Source: Octopus vulgaris
Lineage: Eukaryota
Length of the DNA: 64,000 bases
Assembly: GCA_951406725.2 (NCBI GenBank)
Contig: OX597839.1
Span: 11,656,001-11,720,000, forward strand
Direction: 5' to 3'
Position 1 is the stretch's first letter. The number at the start of each line of letters is the position of its first letter. The notes under the pieces were generated by a model, which worked only from the letters and a program-made list of their open reading frames with translations, ran no database searches and had not been told where the DNA came from. Positions 48,459 to 61,600 of the stretch are shown here, piece by piece. A program made the position numbers and the translations under genes.

Positions 48459-49631
48459 GACTAACTCAAAACTATTTGATGGAATTGTATTTAAAAATTT
48501 ATTGGAACAAAAAACACACTTTTTTTTTTTTTTGAAATTTGAGGAAGAAGAAGAAGAAAAAAACAATTTTTTTCTTTTTTTTTTTAATAAAAACCAATTC
48601 ATTGTAAGAAAGTGCTTTTTTTTCTGTTTAATTGTGATGGAAAGAAAAGACATTGATTTTGATACCGTGAATATTGTGTGTAGGTCTTTCACTGTACTGT
48701 GTACGGTTCTTTGGTGAGACTCGAAGACTGGCCACGCTGAAAAGCTTCCAGGACTTTGCAGAATTTAAAATAAATAAATAAATATATGAAAAAATTAAAA
48801 TGATGGTTTTTGACGATGATTGATAGCCACAACACTTCCTATATATGGCAGCACCAAAGATAGAAAGATGATAAAAATAACTGACTGGGAGATTGTTGTA
48901 TTTAAACAAACAAATCTTACTGAACCAAAAAAACAGAGAAACCACATCAGGCCACCTGCTGTTTGATGATGCTGCTGTTGTTGTTATTGTTGTGTTGTTT
49001 GTAGTTCCATGAAAGAGAGCGAGAAGTTTGTGCGTGCGTGTGTGTGTGCGAGCGCGTTTGTATGTCCGTGCGTGCGTGCGTCTCCGTGTGCGTATGCATG
49101 CGTGTATTTTAGTGTGCTGCAAGACCTGTCTAGGTTGGCAGGAGGTTGCCCCTTGCCCGTCCGACAACCAAGCCTTTTTCTTTCTCTTTCTTTCTATCTC
49201 TATCTCCCCGCCATCCCTGCCCCTCTCCTCCCCCCCTGCCCCCCGCCACCGCTCGTGTTGTCAGGAAGAACTAGGGGGTCAGCCGCCTTTCCCTAGCATC
49301 TAGTGAGTGTCACATGTTATATGCACCTATAGGAACCTCTGTAAAATCGCTGGTGGTTAGCACCTGGCACACCAGTACACCGTTCATGTGATTGCTCAAT
49401 GTAATAACTCATTCTATTTTGCCTATTTTGCAAAAAAAAAAAAAAAATAATAATAATAATAAATAAATTTAATGAATTTTAACAGATTAAAAACTTGAAA
49501 TTTCAAACCCTCCCCCCTTCTCCAATTTTAAGTCAGCAGACTGTTAAAAAAACACACAAAAAAAAAAAAAAAGCTGGTGAAGTGGAGCTATACAGATGGA
49601 AAATGGCTGGATTTGCTTTTCAGCCGTTCTC

Positions 49632-49970
49632 GTTGGCTGACCGGCGCATAAATACTAGCTGAGGTGACTAGTGCATAGCTAGCTGAAGTGACCAGCGCGT
49701 AAACTAGCTGAGCTCAAGCCAGCATATATAACTTAACTGAATTGACCAGTGCAAAACCAGCTGAGCTCATCGTGAATTATTTAGCTGAACGGACCAGTGT
49801 ATAAGTAGCTGAGCTGACCAGCACACACTCACACACACTCACACACACTCACACACACACACACAAAAAGAAAAAAGCAAAAAAATATACTGAGTTCACC
49901 AGTGCATAATTAACAGCTGACCAGCGCATAACTAGTTGAGCTGACCTGAGCAGTACACATAGCTAGCCAG
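49632..49970 (+). repeat. Degenerate ~24-bp tandem array (~11 units, consensus GCTGAGCTGACCAGTGCATAACTA) in the putative 3' UTR
   Basis: Recurrent (a/g)ctga..tgaccag(t/c)gcat units, interrupted by a (CA)n/A-tract. Confidence 0.8.
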
Positions 49971-50684
49971 AGATGGGAATGTATGCAGAGAAAGGATCAT
50001 TTCTTAAAGAAAATTTAAAAGACAAAGAAAATATTGACGAAAGATTTCATTTCATGTTTTTTTTGTTTTGATTTTTTTTTTTTTTTTTTGGTAAATCTTC
50101 GATTTTATTACAGCTGTTATTATTATTATTATTATCATTATTATTGATTTTTTTTTCTCTCTCTCTCACTCGCTCTCTCTCTTTGCTTTGTTTTTGTCCA
50201 AATTTGGAATTGGTTGCAAAGCTGTGAAAATTCTGGCCATGAAGAAAAAAAAAAAAAAAAAATCAATTTAGAGATGAATTTTTTTTTACAAAAAAAAAAA
50301 ATAAAATAAAACAAGTACATCTTTCTAAATTTTCTATCTCTTGTACCCTACCCACTGCCCCCTATCTCTCTCAACCACCTTCAATTTCTTGTTTCAATGT
50401 ATTTCTCTAAAATTCTTAAATCAATTCCTAATTTTATTCAAAAAAAACAAAATTGTCTGCTAGACCATTCACACCACCTCAATTAGCCAGTTCCCTCCTT
50501 ACAAACTACATATATCCATCCTAAAATATATGTATGTATGTGTGTATAGATTGTTTGAAGTGGTGTACAGATTTTATATATTAAGAAAAAGGAAGTAGTC
50601 AGAATTTTGGATAAATATTAGCGCTTTCATATCGTTCATCAAGACTCCTCAGATATGTTTTACAGAAAAATTTCTTTGCCTTTT

Positions 50685-50855
50685 ATATATATGTGTGTGT
50701 GTCTATGTATATGTATGTGTGTATATATATGTATATATATATATATGTATGTATATATATATGTATATATATATATGTATATATATATGTATATATATAT
50801 GTATGTATGTATATATACATATATATATGTGTATATATATATATATGTACATATA
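50685..50855. repeat. (TA)n/TGTA compound microsatellite
   Basis: Direct reading. Confidence 0.95.
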
Positions 50856-51753
50856 AGTTATGTATGTGCTGTTGCAGCCTTAAAAGATAAAAGCATTTAA
50901 ATGAATTATGTCAGTAAATGGGGGACATTCTTCAAACCCTGTCTGTGACTGACCATTTGATTGTGACGGTGATGGCAGGGGTGGTTGTGTATTTGTATCA
51001 ATACAGATGATAATGAGGGTTAATATTGGTAGTTCTTTCTGCTACCACTCAAGTGAGGCTTGGGCAGGGGTTTCACTGTAAGGGAAAGGGGTTTAAACTG
51101 GTGGTGGGGAAGATTACATAAAATTAGTTAAAATGGAAAATTAAAAAATAATCTATGTATGTATCCCAGAGATGGGGGTTGGCCACCTATTGTAGATCAG
51201 GGCAAACAAACAAACAAGGCACAGGTATGGTCCAGCGGTTAAGTTTGATTCAGAATCAAGTAGTTCTTGGTTCAGTCCCTCTGTGTTGCACCTTGGGCAG
51301 GTGTCTTCTACCTTAGCAATTGCTTTAGGAGTAAAATTTGGCAGACAGGAACTGCACAAAAGTCCATTGGGTATATGCGGAGTGAAAAAAATCAGAACAT
51401 CAGCTAAAATGCCTTGTGGTGTTTAGTTACAATTTCCCTGGGTCCAATTTAGAATTGTGCCCATGTCACATTGAATTGATCTAGTTTCATTGACCCCTGG
51501 AAGGATGAATGCCATTTGGCTAAATCCCTTTAAGGTAGTACCCCACCTTGGGCACAACCCTGTGAGTGAAACCTACAAGAAGTTATAAAGGAACAAGCTA
51601 AATTTGTGTCCCCTTTTTAGTCAGCTGTAACCAAATAATAGCCCCAATTGTGTTGATGTTTCATTGTTGCAATTCCCTCACCTGCTGGAAGTACTGCTAG
51701 GTGATAATCTCCAAGCTGGACACCTATGATTGCCAAGCATGGTTAGGGTTCTC

Positions 51754-51964
51754 TTCACAATGCTGTGGATTCACTGGTTGGAGCCAAGTAAAACCCCTCT
51801 CAAAATAAAATTTTCACAATGCTGTGGATTCACTGGTTGGAGCCAAGTTTAACCCCACCCTTGGGGAACCCCTCTCAAGATAAAATTTTCACAATGCTGT
51901 GGATTCTCTGGTTGGAGCCAAGTTTAACCCCATCCCTGGGGAACCCCTTTCAAGATAAAATTTT
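51754..51964 (+). repeat. Three tandem copies of a 59-75-bp unit
   Basis: ttcacaatgctgtggattcactggttggagccaagt x3. Confidence 0.9.
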
Positions 51965-52074
51965 TAGTCCTTCATGCATTCCCTCACATCTTGGTCACAC
52001 ATCTAGGGGTTAGTCAGCCCATTCCCACCCATTGCCATCTACGTCTAACATTTCAATGCCAACAAAATCTGGTA

Positions 52075-52553
52075 ATATATATTTATATATAGACACATTT
52101 ATATACATGCATGCATATATATATATATGTATGCATACATATATATGTATGCATACATATATATTTATATATACATGTATATACATATATACATGTATAT
52201 ACATATATACTTATATATACATATATACTTATATATACATATATACATACTTATATATACATATATACATACATATATATATATACACATATATATACAT
52301 ACATATATATATATACACATATATATATACACATATATATATACACATATATATACATACATATATATATATACATATATATATATATACATATATATAT
52401 ATACACATATATATATACATATATATATATACATATATATATACATATATATATACATATATATATATACATATATATATACACATATATATATACACAT
52501 ATATATACACAATATATATATATATATATACACATATATATATATATACACAT

Positions 52554-52608
<55 letters not shown>

Positions 52609-52785
52609 TATATATAACATATATATATATATACACACATATATATATATACACACATATATATATACACACATATATATATATATACACATATATATAT
52701 ATACACACATATATATATATATATATATATCGGGATATATATATATATATGTATGTATGCATACATATATATATACACACACACA
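52075..52785. repeat. ~700-bp (TA)n/(CA) compound microsatellite
   Basis: Direct reading. Confidence 0.95.
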
Positions 52786-53699
52786 TCATACGTACTTTAT
52801 TTGGATTACCTATGGTTTCATGTGGCAAGGACTTTCACAATTTTCAAGTGATCCACTTAATAATGCTTGTAATCATCACCTCCACTGCCAGCATCGTTTC
52901 CACCAAAATGCAGTGGCGTTGAGCACTCATTCTCACTGTTCAATACCATACACGCATATATAGATAAAAATATATGAATAAATTAAAAGACCAATTCCAA
53001 ATGACAGAAACAGGTGTAAAGATACAAAGTCCACCTCTTCTCTCTTGTTTCTACTTAATTGCCTTTTTTTTCTTTTTTTTTTTTTTTCCTACACACTACA
53101 TCCTTCATCTCTGATATATTTCTCAGCAACCACTTCCTCACTCTCCTCTATCTTCCTCCTCTCTTAAAACTACACTAGCTGCCTCCTCCTCCTCCTCTCT
53201 CTCTAAACTCGTCTGACATTTCTATCACTGCTTCTTTACCTCTCACTAACACCCAATCTTGGCCAATAGGATCGTCTACAATTAGTCAGATAATATCTCT
53301 ATAGTGATGTTTTAAATTTGATTTTTTTTTTTTTTTTACTTCTAATTAATTTATTTATCATTATCATTATTATAATTCTTGCTGTTATGATTAATTATCA
53401 TCATTAATAATAATCATAATAATAATAATAATATCATTATTATTATTATTACTATTATTATACAATTTTCTTTTTCTTTGGTAATTTTAAATTTTTTCTT
53501 CTCATTTATTCATTAATTAATTATAAATTTTTTTCAAAATATTTTTTTAATTTTTTTTTTTTACTATTCTAATTTTTTGGAAAAAAAAAACAAGCCTGGA
53601 TGATGTGTAAATACGAGAAAGTGGGTGGCTCTATAAAGATGAAAACGTCACAAACTATGTATCATAAGGGTGGTTTCTATGACAACATAGAAACTGGAG

Positions 53700-53705
53700 A
53701 ATAAA
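53700..53705 (+). terminator. Candidate distal polyadenylation signal AATAAA
   Basis: AATAAA preceded by a 9-bp hairpin, at the boundary where repeat density rises again. Confidence 0.45.
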
Positions 53706-56306
53706 ACTTTGTAAATTTAATGAATTCCACCAATGACTTCTGGATCTTTCTTTTGCAAGATGTACATCTTGTCATGTATTGTCGCTGTCTTTCTTCTGTC
53801 CTATCTCACTCAATAATCATTGAATTGTTGTTTAATCCGTTAGCATTCAAATTATTCTATCAAATGTCAATGTTTATTTATCCACATTGTTTTAAATTAA
53901 TCATGCATTATTCTCACAGCTTTTGAGAGTCCGAGGACGACACTGTAGGGTAAGTGTGAGAAGCTGGATCTGGCTTGATTTGAGCACAAAACAGGTAGAC
54001 CATTTGAGCACAAAACAGGTAGACCAGATTTGGCCAGCTTAAATGCTGAAGAGTTAAGACCGCCCAGTCAGAATTGTTCCAGCAACGACCATCCAATGTT
54101 ATTCAGGCAGTAGTATATCATCTATCCAGGTTTATATTTATCAAAGACATTCCAGCTGTGACCTTCCTGTCTTCTATACAGATATCTAGAACTACATAAG
54201 CCAATGGAATTTTTTTTGTTTCTTATTTATCAAAGAAGTCTCACCCTTGCCCATCATGCCTTTCATTCAGATATATCATCAATCCAAGACTACATAACCT
54301 AATGTGTTTATTTAATCAAAGACATTCCAGCTACGACCACCCTGTCTTTTATTCAGATAGTGTATCATCTATCTAGGATTATGTAAGCCAATCAGCCCCA
54401 GTTGTTTCTAAGCCTGATACTTATTTTATTGGTCCCTTTTGATGAACTACTAATTTATGGGAACGTAAATACACCAGTATCGGTTATCAAGCTTGGGATG
54501 GGGGAAAAACACACATACATATGACGGGCTTCTTTTCAGTTTCCTCTCAAGGCTTTGGTCGACCCGAGGCTGTAGTAGAAGATATTTGCCCAAGGTGCCA
54601 CACATTGGGAATGAACCAGTAACCATGTGGTTGAGAAGCAAAATTGGCAGAATCGTTAGTATGCTAGACAAAATGCTGAGCGGGACTTCGTCGGTCTTTA
54701 CGTTCTGAGTTCAAATTCCGCCAAGGTCGAATTTGCCTTTCATCCTTTCAGTGTAAATAAAATAAGTACCAGTTGTGCACTGGGGTCAGGAAATTGTTGG
54801 CCTTGTGCTGTGTGTGATGTGCTTCGAGTATCAATATTCCATAAAAGAATGATATGGTACTCCCAGAGTTAACTAAAACATGAACCAACGAGGGAACCTC
54901 TGAGCAGTCGCTCAGAATGCTAAAAATAACAGTCCCATCTGCATCAACTCGTATAGTATCTTAAAACTGAAGTTGAGCACATTGGATAAGGTAGTCAATG
55001 ATTTAGAAATCGACAGGGTGGCCACAGCTACCACACGTATCTGCTAGAACAGAACTAAAGCAACTGGAGAGGTTTCTGTGCGGTAGAACGACATGCTAGA
55101 AATAGCAACACTAATTACCACCTTCATAAAGAAACATATTTTAGAAGATATCTTTGCTCTGGTTAGAAACAGATGGTGACTGGAAGGTTTACGTTAGGGG
55201 TCTGCTCAATCAGGCGTGGCTATGTTGTAAGTTTGCTTTCCAACAACGCGGTTCTGGGTTCAGTCCCACTGTATGGCGCCTTGGGCAAGTGTCTTCTCTT
55301 GCTCCGGGCCAGTCAATGTTTTGTGAGTGGATTTGGTAGACGGAAACTGAAAGAAGCCCGTCATGTTTGTGTATTATAGTTGTTCTACATCACTGGCTTT
55401 TAGCGATACCAGTGCCGCTTTGGGCTCAAATTTTCTATGTATATCGCAAGTGTGGCAGTTACTGCAATTTCCAGCAGCCAGGTATTTACCAATGACAAAG
55501 CCAAAAGAGGCCGAAACCACGTAATCCTGTAGTCCTGACAGCAAAAGTAGTGTTATCACTTGACGGTTCGGCAAAAGAGACCGATAGAATGTTAGACTTA
55601 AAAAATAAGTACTGGGGTGGATGTTTTTTTCTCAACTAAGCCCTTCAAGGCGAGGTCTTACCATGGCCACAGTTCAAAGATTGAACCAAGAAACAGATAA
55701 TCAGTGCTCGCATCCATGGGTAGGGAAGGGCTGGAGGAAAGTTTCAGCCAATAAAGAATCCTTTACCTCAATGATTCATAACCTATCCTCTCTCATTTAC
55801 ATCGTCACTTTCATGGAATTCACCATTTGCTGTATATCAAAAATATACACCAAGTAATCGTTTTTACACACACATTCTTATATATATATATATAAGAATA
55901 TGCACATCGCTGGTCACAATGCGCTTGGCATTGTTTTAGCCTTCAAATGACGCCACCCAGCTGGCTAAGCGAGCAGGCCAACAGAAGAAAGAGTGAGAGA
56001 AAGTTGTAGCGAAAGAGTACAGCAGGGATCGCCACCACCCCCTGCCGGAGACTCGTGGAGCTTTAGGTATTTTCGCTCAATAAACACTCACAACGCCCGG
56101 TCTGGGAATCGAAACCGCGATTCAACGACCGCGAGTCCGCTGCCCTAACCATATATAAAATAGTGTACATTTAAACACAAGAGAAAACTACCTTTAATAG
56201 GTAATTTTTACACGCTAGAAGAAGCAGTCAAAACGACCAAAACCACATTTTAAAGAGCACTTTTCAAAGGGAAAGAAAAATAAAAACTTTTACCTTGTTA
56301 TCTTTT

Positions 56307-56381
56307 TACAGTCATACCTAGGTTTCAGATTATTTTAGCAAATAAAATAATTTGCTAGGCGAATCCTCATCAGTAACCGTA
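56307..56381 (-). ncRNA. Minimal type-I hammerhead ribozyme (Penelope/retrozyme type)
   Basis: Minus strand reads UACGGUUA CUGAUGA GGAUU-cgcc-UAGCAAAU-uauuuu-AUUUGCUA-aaau-AAUCU GAA ACCUAGGU A^UGACUGUA. Canonical core, 8-bp stem I, extended stem II, palindromic stem III, GUA cleavage triplet. Confidence 0.8.
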
Positions 56382-57719
56382 CCTTAACAATTAACATATA
56401 ATTTAGAGACAAATAACACGTGCCTCATCATTATATGTTATAAATTCTCAAAATTCACCGCGCAAGCGCAGTCTCAGTCGGCAGTAAAATGAGAAATGCC
56501 GAACCGAACTTCGAAAAGCTGAAATCACATTCGTTATATATATATATATATAAACCTAACATTATCTGCCTCTTATCACTAATCTATGTCTGTGTATACA
56601 TGAACGAATTTATCCCAATATTTACGTTTTGTAAAGCTTGGGACTTATTCCATCGGAATCGTCTGCCAAACAGCTGGCTTACGGGGACGTAACCATGAAC
56701 CCGGAACCATGTGGTTAGGAAGCAAATTTCCTGCCACAGAGCCACGCCTGCGCCCATTGCTGGTTTTGGTTAAGTACTTACAAGAGAACGAACTCTAGTA
56801 AAAGTACGCAGTGACCAGCTCGTGGTGTCAAACAGGGCGGTGTGCTTTGTCTATATCTTAATCTGTACAAATATCTGTTAAAAAGCTATCTAAAGCGTGT
56901 CATACATTTAAACAAATCACTTGTAAAAATACACACACAAATAGATGAATACACAAAAGACTAAGACAAACTTGTGCTTACGAAATGCCAAAGGTATTTT
57001 TTCTACAAATCTAAATGCATATCCCCGTAATTTAAACAATTAAGCTAATTTACAACCAGATTAAGTAAATAGATTTATTTTCGTTGTGCTTTTTATTTTT
57101 TTTACATCAAATCACAATTTAATCTATTTACGTGATTGTAAATATATGAATTAGTGCTGCCCAATCTCTGGGTGAAAATACTTTGAACTGATGTGTAAAG
57201 AGAGAGGATATTAATCAGAGATTACGCCACACAGCTTATGACGTAATCTGTTATGCTTAATCTTACCGAGAGGATTATCTGATAAACATCAATAGACATT
57301 CATTATAATTCTCACTAGACAACATATTACAAATGCAATTTAACTATACTTAGTCTTGTTGAGATAATTATTCGTTATTGCTGTTGTCGGTGGTGGTGGT
57401 CATGGTGGTGGTAGTGTTTTTGTTTTAACCTCCATCTCCGTCCTAATCCAGCAGAGTTACGCTCAAATCCAATCCAGCTGTGAAAATCTCATCAACGACT
57501 GATCGACAAACCCTTTCCTTTCTTATGACAGAGAAGGTATAATGAGAGAAATACAGCTGTTGTTTCTAGCATGCCTGACGATCACATAGAGACCCTTTCG
57601 TTTGCTTGTGGCAGTGGTTCTCAACCGGCGTCCATATGACCCTTGGCGGTCCATATAAGAGTTTGTTGTTAAAATTTATGTGCAATAAATAGCTTAAACT
57701 TCTACGATACGCAAAATTT

Positions 57720-58060
57720 ATAGTGGCTTGCTTACCAGTCCCACTGCGTGGCACCTTGGGCAAGTGTCTTCCACTATAGCCTCAGGCCGACCAAAGCCTT
57801 GTGAGTGGATTTGGTAGACGGAAATTGAAAGAAGCCCGTCGTATATACGTATATATGTGTGTGTGTGTTTGTCCCCCCAACATCGCTTGACAACCGATGC
57901 TGGTGTGTTTACGTCTCCATAACTTAGCGGCATAAGTGACCGACAGAATAAAGTACTAGGCTTCCAAAAAATAAGTCCTGAGGTCGATTTGCTCGACTAA
58001 AGGCGGTGCTCCAACATGGCCGCTGTCACATGACTGAAACAAGTAAAAGAAAAAAGAGTA
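57720..58060 (+). mobile_element. SINE family A copy
   Basis: Matches consensus. Confidence 0.82.
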
Positions 58061-58312
58061 AAACGTCTATATATGTGTGTGTGTGTACACAAACGTATAT
58101 ATATATATGTACACACGTACATATGTGTGTGTGTACACGTACATATATGTATGTACACACGTACATATGTGTGTGTGTACACGTACATATATGTGTCCAC
58201 ACACGTACATATATACAAGTACACACATGCATATATACATATATATAGTAAGAAGACAGGTGGTGTAAACAACAAACAGATGTATTAGTCTAACGCTCGA
58301 GAAGTGAGAAAG

Positions 58313-58350
58313 TCTTTAACGTTTCGAGCCTATGCTCTTCGACAGAAAGA
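58313..58350 (-). ncRNA. Degenerate minimal hammerhead-like motif in a dispersed repeat
   Basis: UCUUU CUGUCGA A GAGC-auag-GCUC GAA ACGU U^AAAGA. A6U change and one extra A in the core. Confidence 0.45.
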
Positions 58351-58409
58351 AACAGGGAGAAAATCGAAAAAGGTATAGCAGATACACACACATATATATA
58401 TGTAAGTGG

Positions 58410-58424
58410 ACGCACGCGCACGCA

Positions 58425-58480
<56 letters not shown>

Positions 58481-58578
58481 TACATACATACATACATACA
58501 TACATACATACATACATACATACATACATACATACATACATACATACATACATACATACATACATACATACATACATA
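58410..58578. repeat. (CGCA)n(CA)n(TACA)n microsatellite
   Basis: Direct reading. Confidence 0.95.
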
Positions 58579-58919
58579 CGAGATAATATTTGTCTCTTTT
58601 TATGAAAGCAAAAGGGTTTATAGGACTGATTGACAAATCCTATCCTTTCTTATGATAGTGAAGGTATGATGAGAGAAATACAGCTGTTGTTTCTAGCATG
58701 CCTGACGATCACATAGAGACCCTTTCGTTTGCCTATGGCTGTGATTCTCAGCCAGCGTCCAAGAAGGAAGTGCTCGTGTGTAATTGCGACAGAGATAAAG
58801 AAACATTGATCATAGAACAAGCATCAAATTCGATATACAGCACCATAGTTCAAGCATTTGATCATACATAAATGTTATCATGGTTCTTCAACATATAAAA
58901 ATATATATGTACACAAACG

Positions 58920-58960
<41 letters not shown>

Positions 58961-59077
58961 TACTGGGAGAAGAAGAAGAAACGAAACGGAACGGATCGAA
59001 TCGACGCGAAGGCGCTCAGTCATACAATAGTGTAATAAATAAAATATATGCATACATATATATATATATATATATAT

Positions 59078-59378
59078 CACCGTGACCGACCAGGCTATCA
59101 GATTTTGTTACACATCGCTGGCTACAATGCGCTTCGCATTGTTTTAGCCTTCAAATGACGCCACCCCGATGGCTAAGCGAGCAGGCCAACAGAAGAAAGA
59201 GTGAGAGAAAGTTGTGGCGAAAGAGTACAGCAGGGATCACCACCATCCGCTGCCGGAGCCTCGTGGAGCTTTAGGCGTTTTCGCTCAATAAACACTCACA
59301 ACGCCCGGTCTGGGAATTGAAACCGCGATCCTACAACCACGAGTCCGCTGCCCTAACCACTGATCCATTGCGCCTCCA
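59078..59378 (-). mobile_element. tRNA-derived SINE family D; other copies 18222-18510(-), 38655-38826(+), 55905-56150(-), variant 13718-14064(+)
   Basis: Head ggaggcgcaatgg..cagtggttagggcagcggactcg...ggtttcaattccc, tail ctgatagcctggtcggtcacggtga(TA)n. Confidence 0.85.
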
Positions 59379-59828
59379 CACACACACACACACACACACA
59401 AACGTCATTATATATGGAACAGCCTATGAAAAAGATAAATATAAACGACCAAAAAATTAATAGAAATTCTAAAGCGCGTCCATGCTACCAAAGACTAACA
59501 AACCAAGATAAAATAAAATATCAATCGACTAAAAATATAATTAAGAAGTTTGTTTACTCCCCTCACACAAGAGTACGTTCAAAAATTTCGATTCTAAAAC
59601 CATGGTAGGTTAAAGTCCAAAAGCAAAAAGAATTCCACAAGATCAATCTAAACACACCTATGGCCATTTCAAGGGATCACTACCGCAGTTCTGTTTTTCT
59701 TATTAACTATAAAAGGGCTACACGTAGATGCTCTTCGACAAATACAAAACGCGACAAAACAAACTCGGGGAACTAAAATTAACAAAAAGTGAATGAAATT
59801 AGAAGAAAAATGAAAAGAAACGAATGAT

Positions 59829-60195
59829 AGGCGCAGGAGTGGTTGTGTGGTAAGTAGCTTGTTTACCAACCACATGGTTCCGGGTTCAGTCCCACTGCGT
59901 GGCACCTTGGGCAAGTGTCTTCTACTATCGCCTCGGGCCGACCAAAGCCTTGTGAGTGGATTTGGTAGACGGAAACTGAAAGAAGCCCGTCGTATATATG
60001 TGTATGTTTGTGTATCTGTGTTTGTCACCCTAGCAATGCTTGACAACCGATGCTGGTGTGTTTATGTCCCCGTCACTTAGCGGTTCGGCAAAAGAGACCG
60101 ATAGAATAAGTCCCGGGGTCGAGTTTCTCGATTAAAAGGCGGTGCTCCAGCATGACCGCAGTCAAATGACTGAAACAAGTAAAAGAGTAAAGAGT
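59829..60195 (+). mobile_element. SINE family A copy
   Basis: Full-length match to consensus. Confidence 0.88.
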
Positions 60196-60208
60196 TTAGT
60201 ATGAAAGA

Positions 60209-61600
60209 ATGAAAATAAGGCGCAAAGGCCCACTCGATCCCCGAAGTTGCGTGGTTACATTTTCACAGTCTTTTCTCTCTTTTCTTTTTGTTTCTAAAAA
60301 GCCTTCACACATTTTTCACAGTAATTTTTTCTCGTCTTTTTTTTCCAAGTTCACATTAATATTGAAAGTTCCCCTACCTTTATTTCTCCGCTCTTTCCAA
60401 CCTCTCGTAATCCACTACAGAAGGTGCATCTTCATCCAACCGGTACTCTTTTATCCCTCTGTGTTTAGCCCCTTGTGGGTAGTAAAGAAATAGGTACTCC
60501 TTTATCCATTTCCAATGATCCAAAAATACATCCATAAATGCATCACATTTTCCCTCTGGTATCCATATACCTCTCTCGTCCATCTCAAATCCTTCTCTCG
60601 GCAGCTTCACTTTCACCAGTTCCTTCGTATTCTTAGCTTCGGTTCGGTCCTTCCCTTGACTTGTTTTCTGTAGAACACTCTCTTATCTTTGCTTCTTTCC
60701 TTCTTGTTTCTTTCCTTCTAAAGCCGGCACTCCCTTCTTTCACCTCGATCCTTTCCTTCTTTACGTCACTGACACGCTCAGCATCACTTCTATCCTCTCT
60801 CGTTTCAATTTTCCTTTCCATCTTTCCTTTTTTTCTGTTCCTCCTCTTTTTTACTCAGAGTAAATTCCAAGGGGCACTGAGCCATCATATGGCCCCGTGC
60901 TCCGCAAATGGAACAATTAGGACGTCTTCCTTCTGCCACTACACTCAGCCTTCCTCCATCATCAATCTCAGTCTGGTAGGGGATTCGGTCAATGTCTTCG
61001 AATGTGGCAAAAAGTCACATTTCGACTCCGAATCCCCATCAGGTTCGCCTCTTCGTCTCTCCAACCGATCCTAATTCACGATTTGTCTTCGGTTGCCGCC
61101 AAAATGGCTGCAATCAACCACTCGGCTTTGATTTCGGGTGGCATCCTTGGTATTCTTATCCTCACGCTACGATTTCCCCTGTAAGAGGGTGACAGCGTCA
61201 CCTTTTCCGTCCTCTGAATGTTGGTGGAATGCGAGGCTGCCTCTTCCTTGATGGCAAACCTCAACTTCCACCGTACCGAACTTTCTACCTCTGCCAATGT
61301 ATACTGCTTCTTTACATATGTCTCCAGACACTCCTCGATGTCTTCCTCCAACAGTCTTTCAATTTAACTGGTAGCGATCGCCTGTGTGCGGTACACCACC
61401 AACCTTTTCTTCTTTGTCCTTCACTGTTCTTGCAGAAGTACCAGCATGATAGTATCTCCTTCCTTTTCCCCTAATTGGTCATTTTTCAAAACTTCTATGT
61501 CTATTACTATTGGCGTTACTTCTAACGACGCAGCTGTTTTCGCCATAGCAGTCTCTCACGTAGCTCTCCACATTGGGAAGGTAAAATTTTCTTACACACA
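60209..61600 (-). mobile_element. Degraded non-LTR retrotransposon ORF1 (gag-like, CCHC zinc knuckle), probably L1/Tx1-type
   Basis: Minus-strand frame VVAEGRRPNCSICGARGHMMAQCP (CX2CX4HX4C at 60874-60915), followed by a K/E-rich tail. Contains stops and frameshifts. A truncated SINE B with ~15-bp TSD is inserted at ~60457-60492. Confidence 0.7.

Larger units (their letters stand above)
48459..53730 (+). other. Probable long (~5.2 kb) 3' UTR of the AUTS2-like gene
   Basis: U/A-tract rich and depleted of young SINEs relative to introns. Ends with TGTAAATA (53606), a hairpin and AATAAA (53700), followed by U-rich sequence. Earlier AATAAA hexamers also exist, so the end is inferred. Confidence 0.5.

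Noticed and set aside
49632-49970. CRISPR-like appearance of repeat arrays (also 51754-51964)
   Set aside because: Eukaryotic context, no unique spacers between identical repeats, no cas genes.
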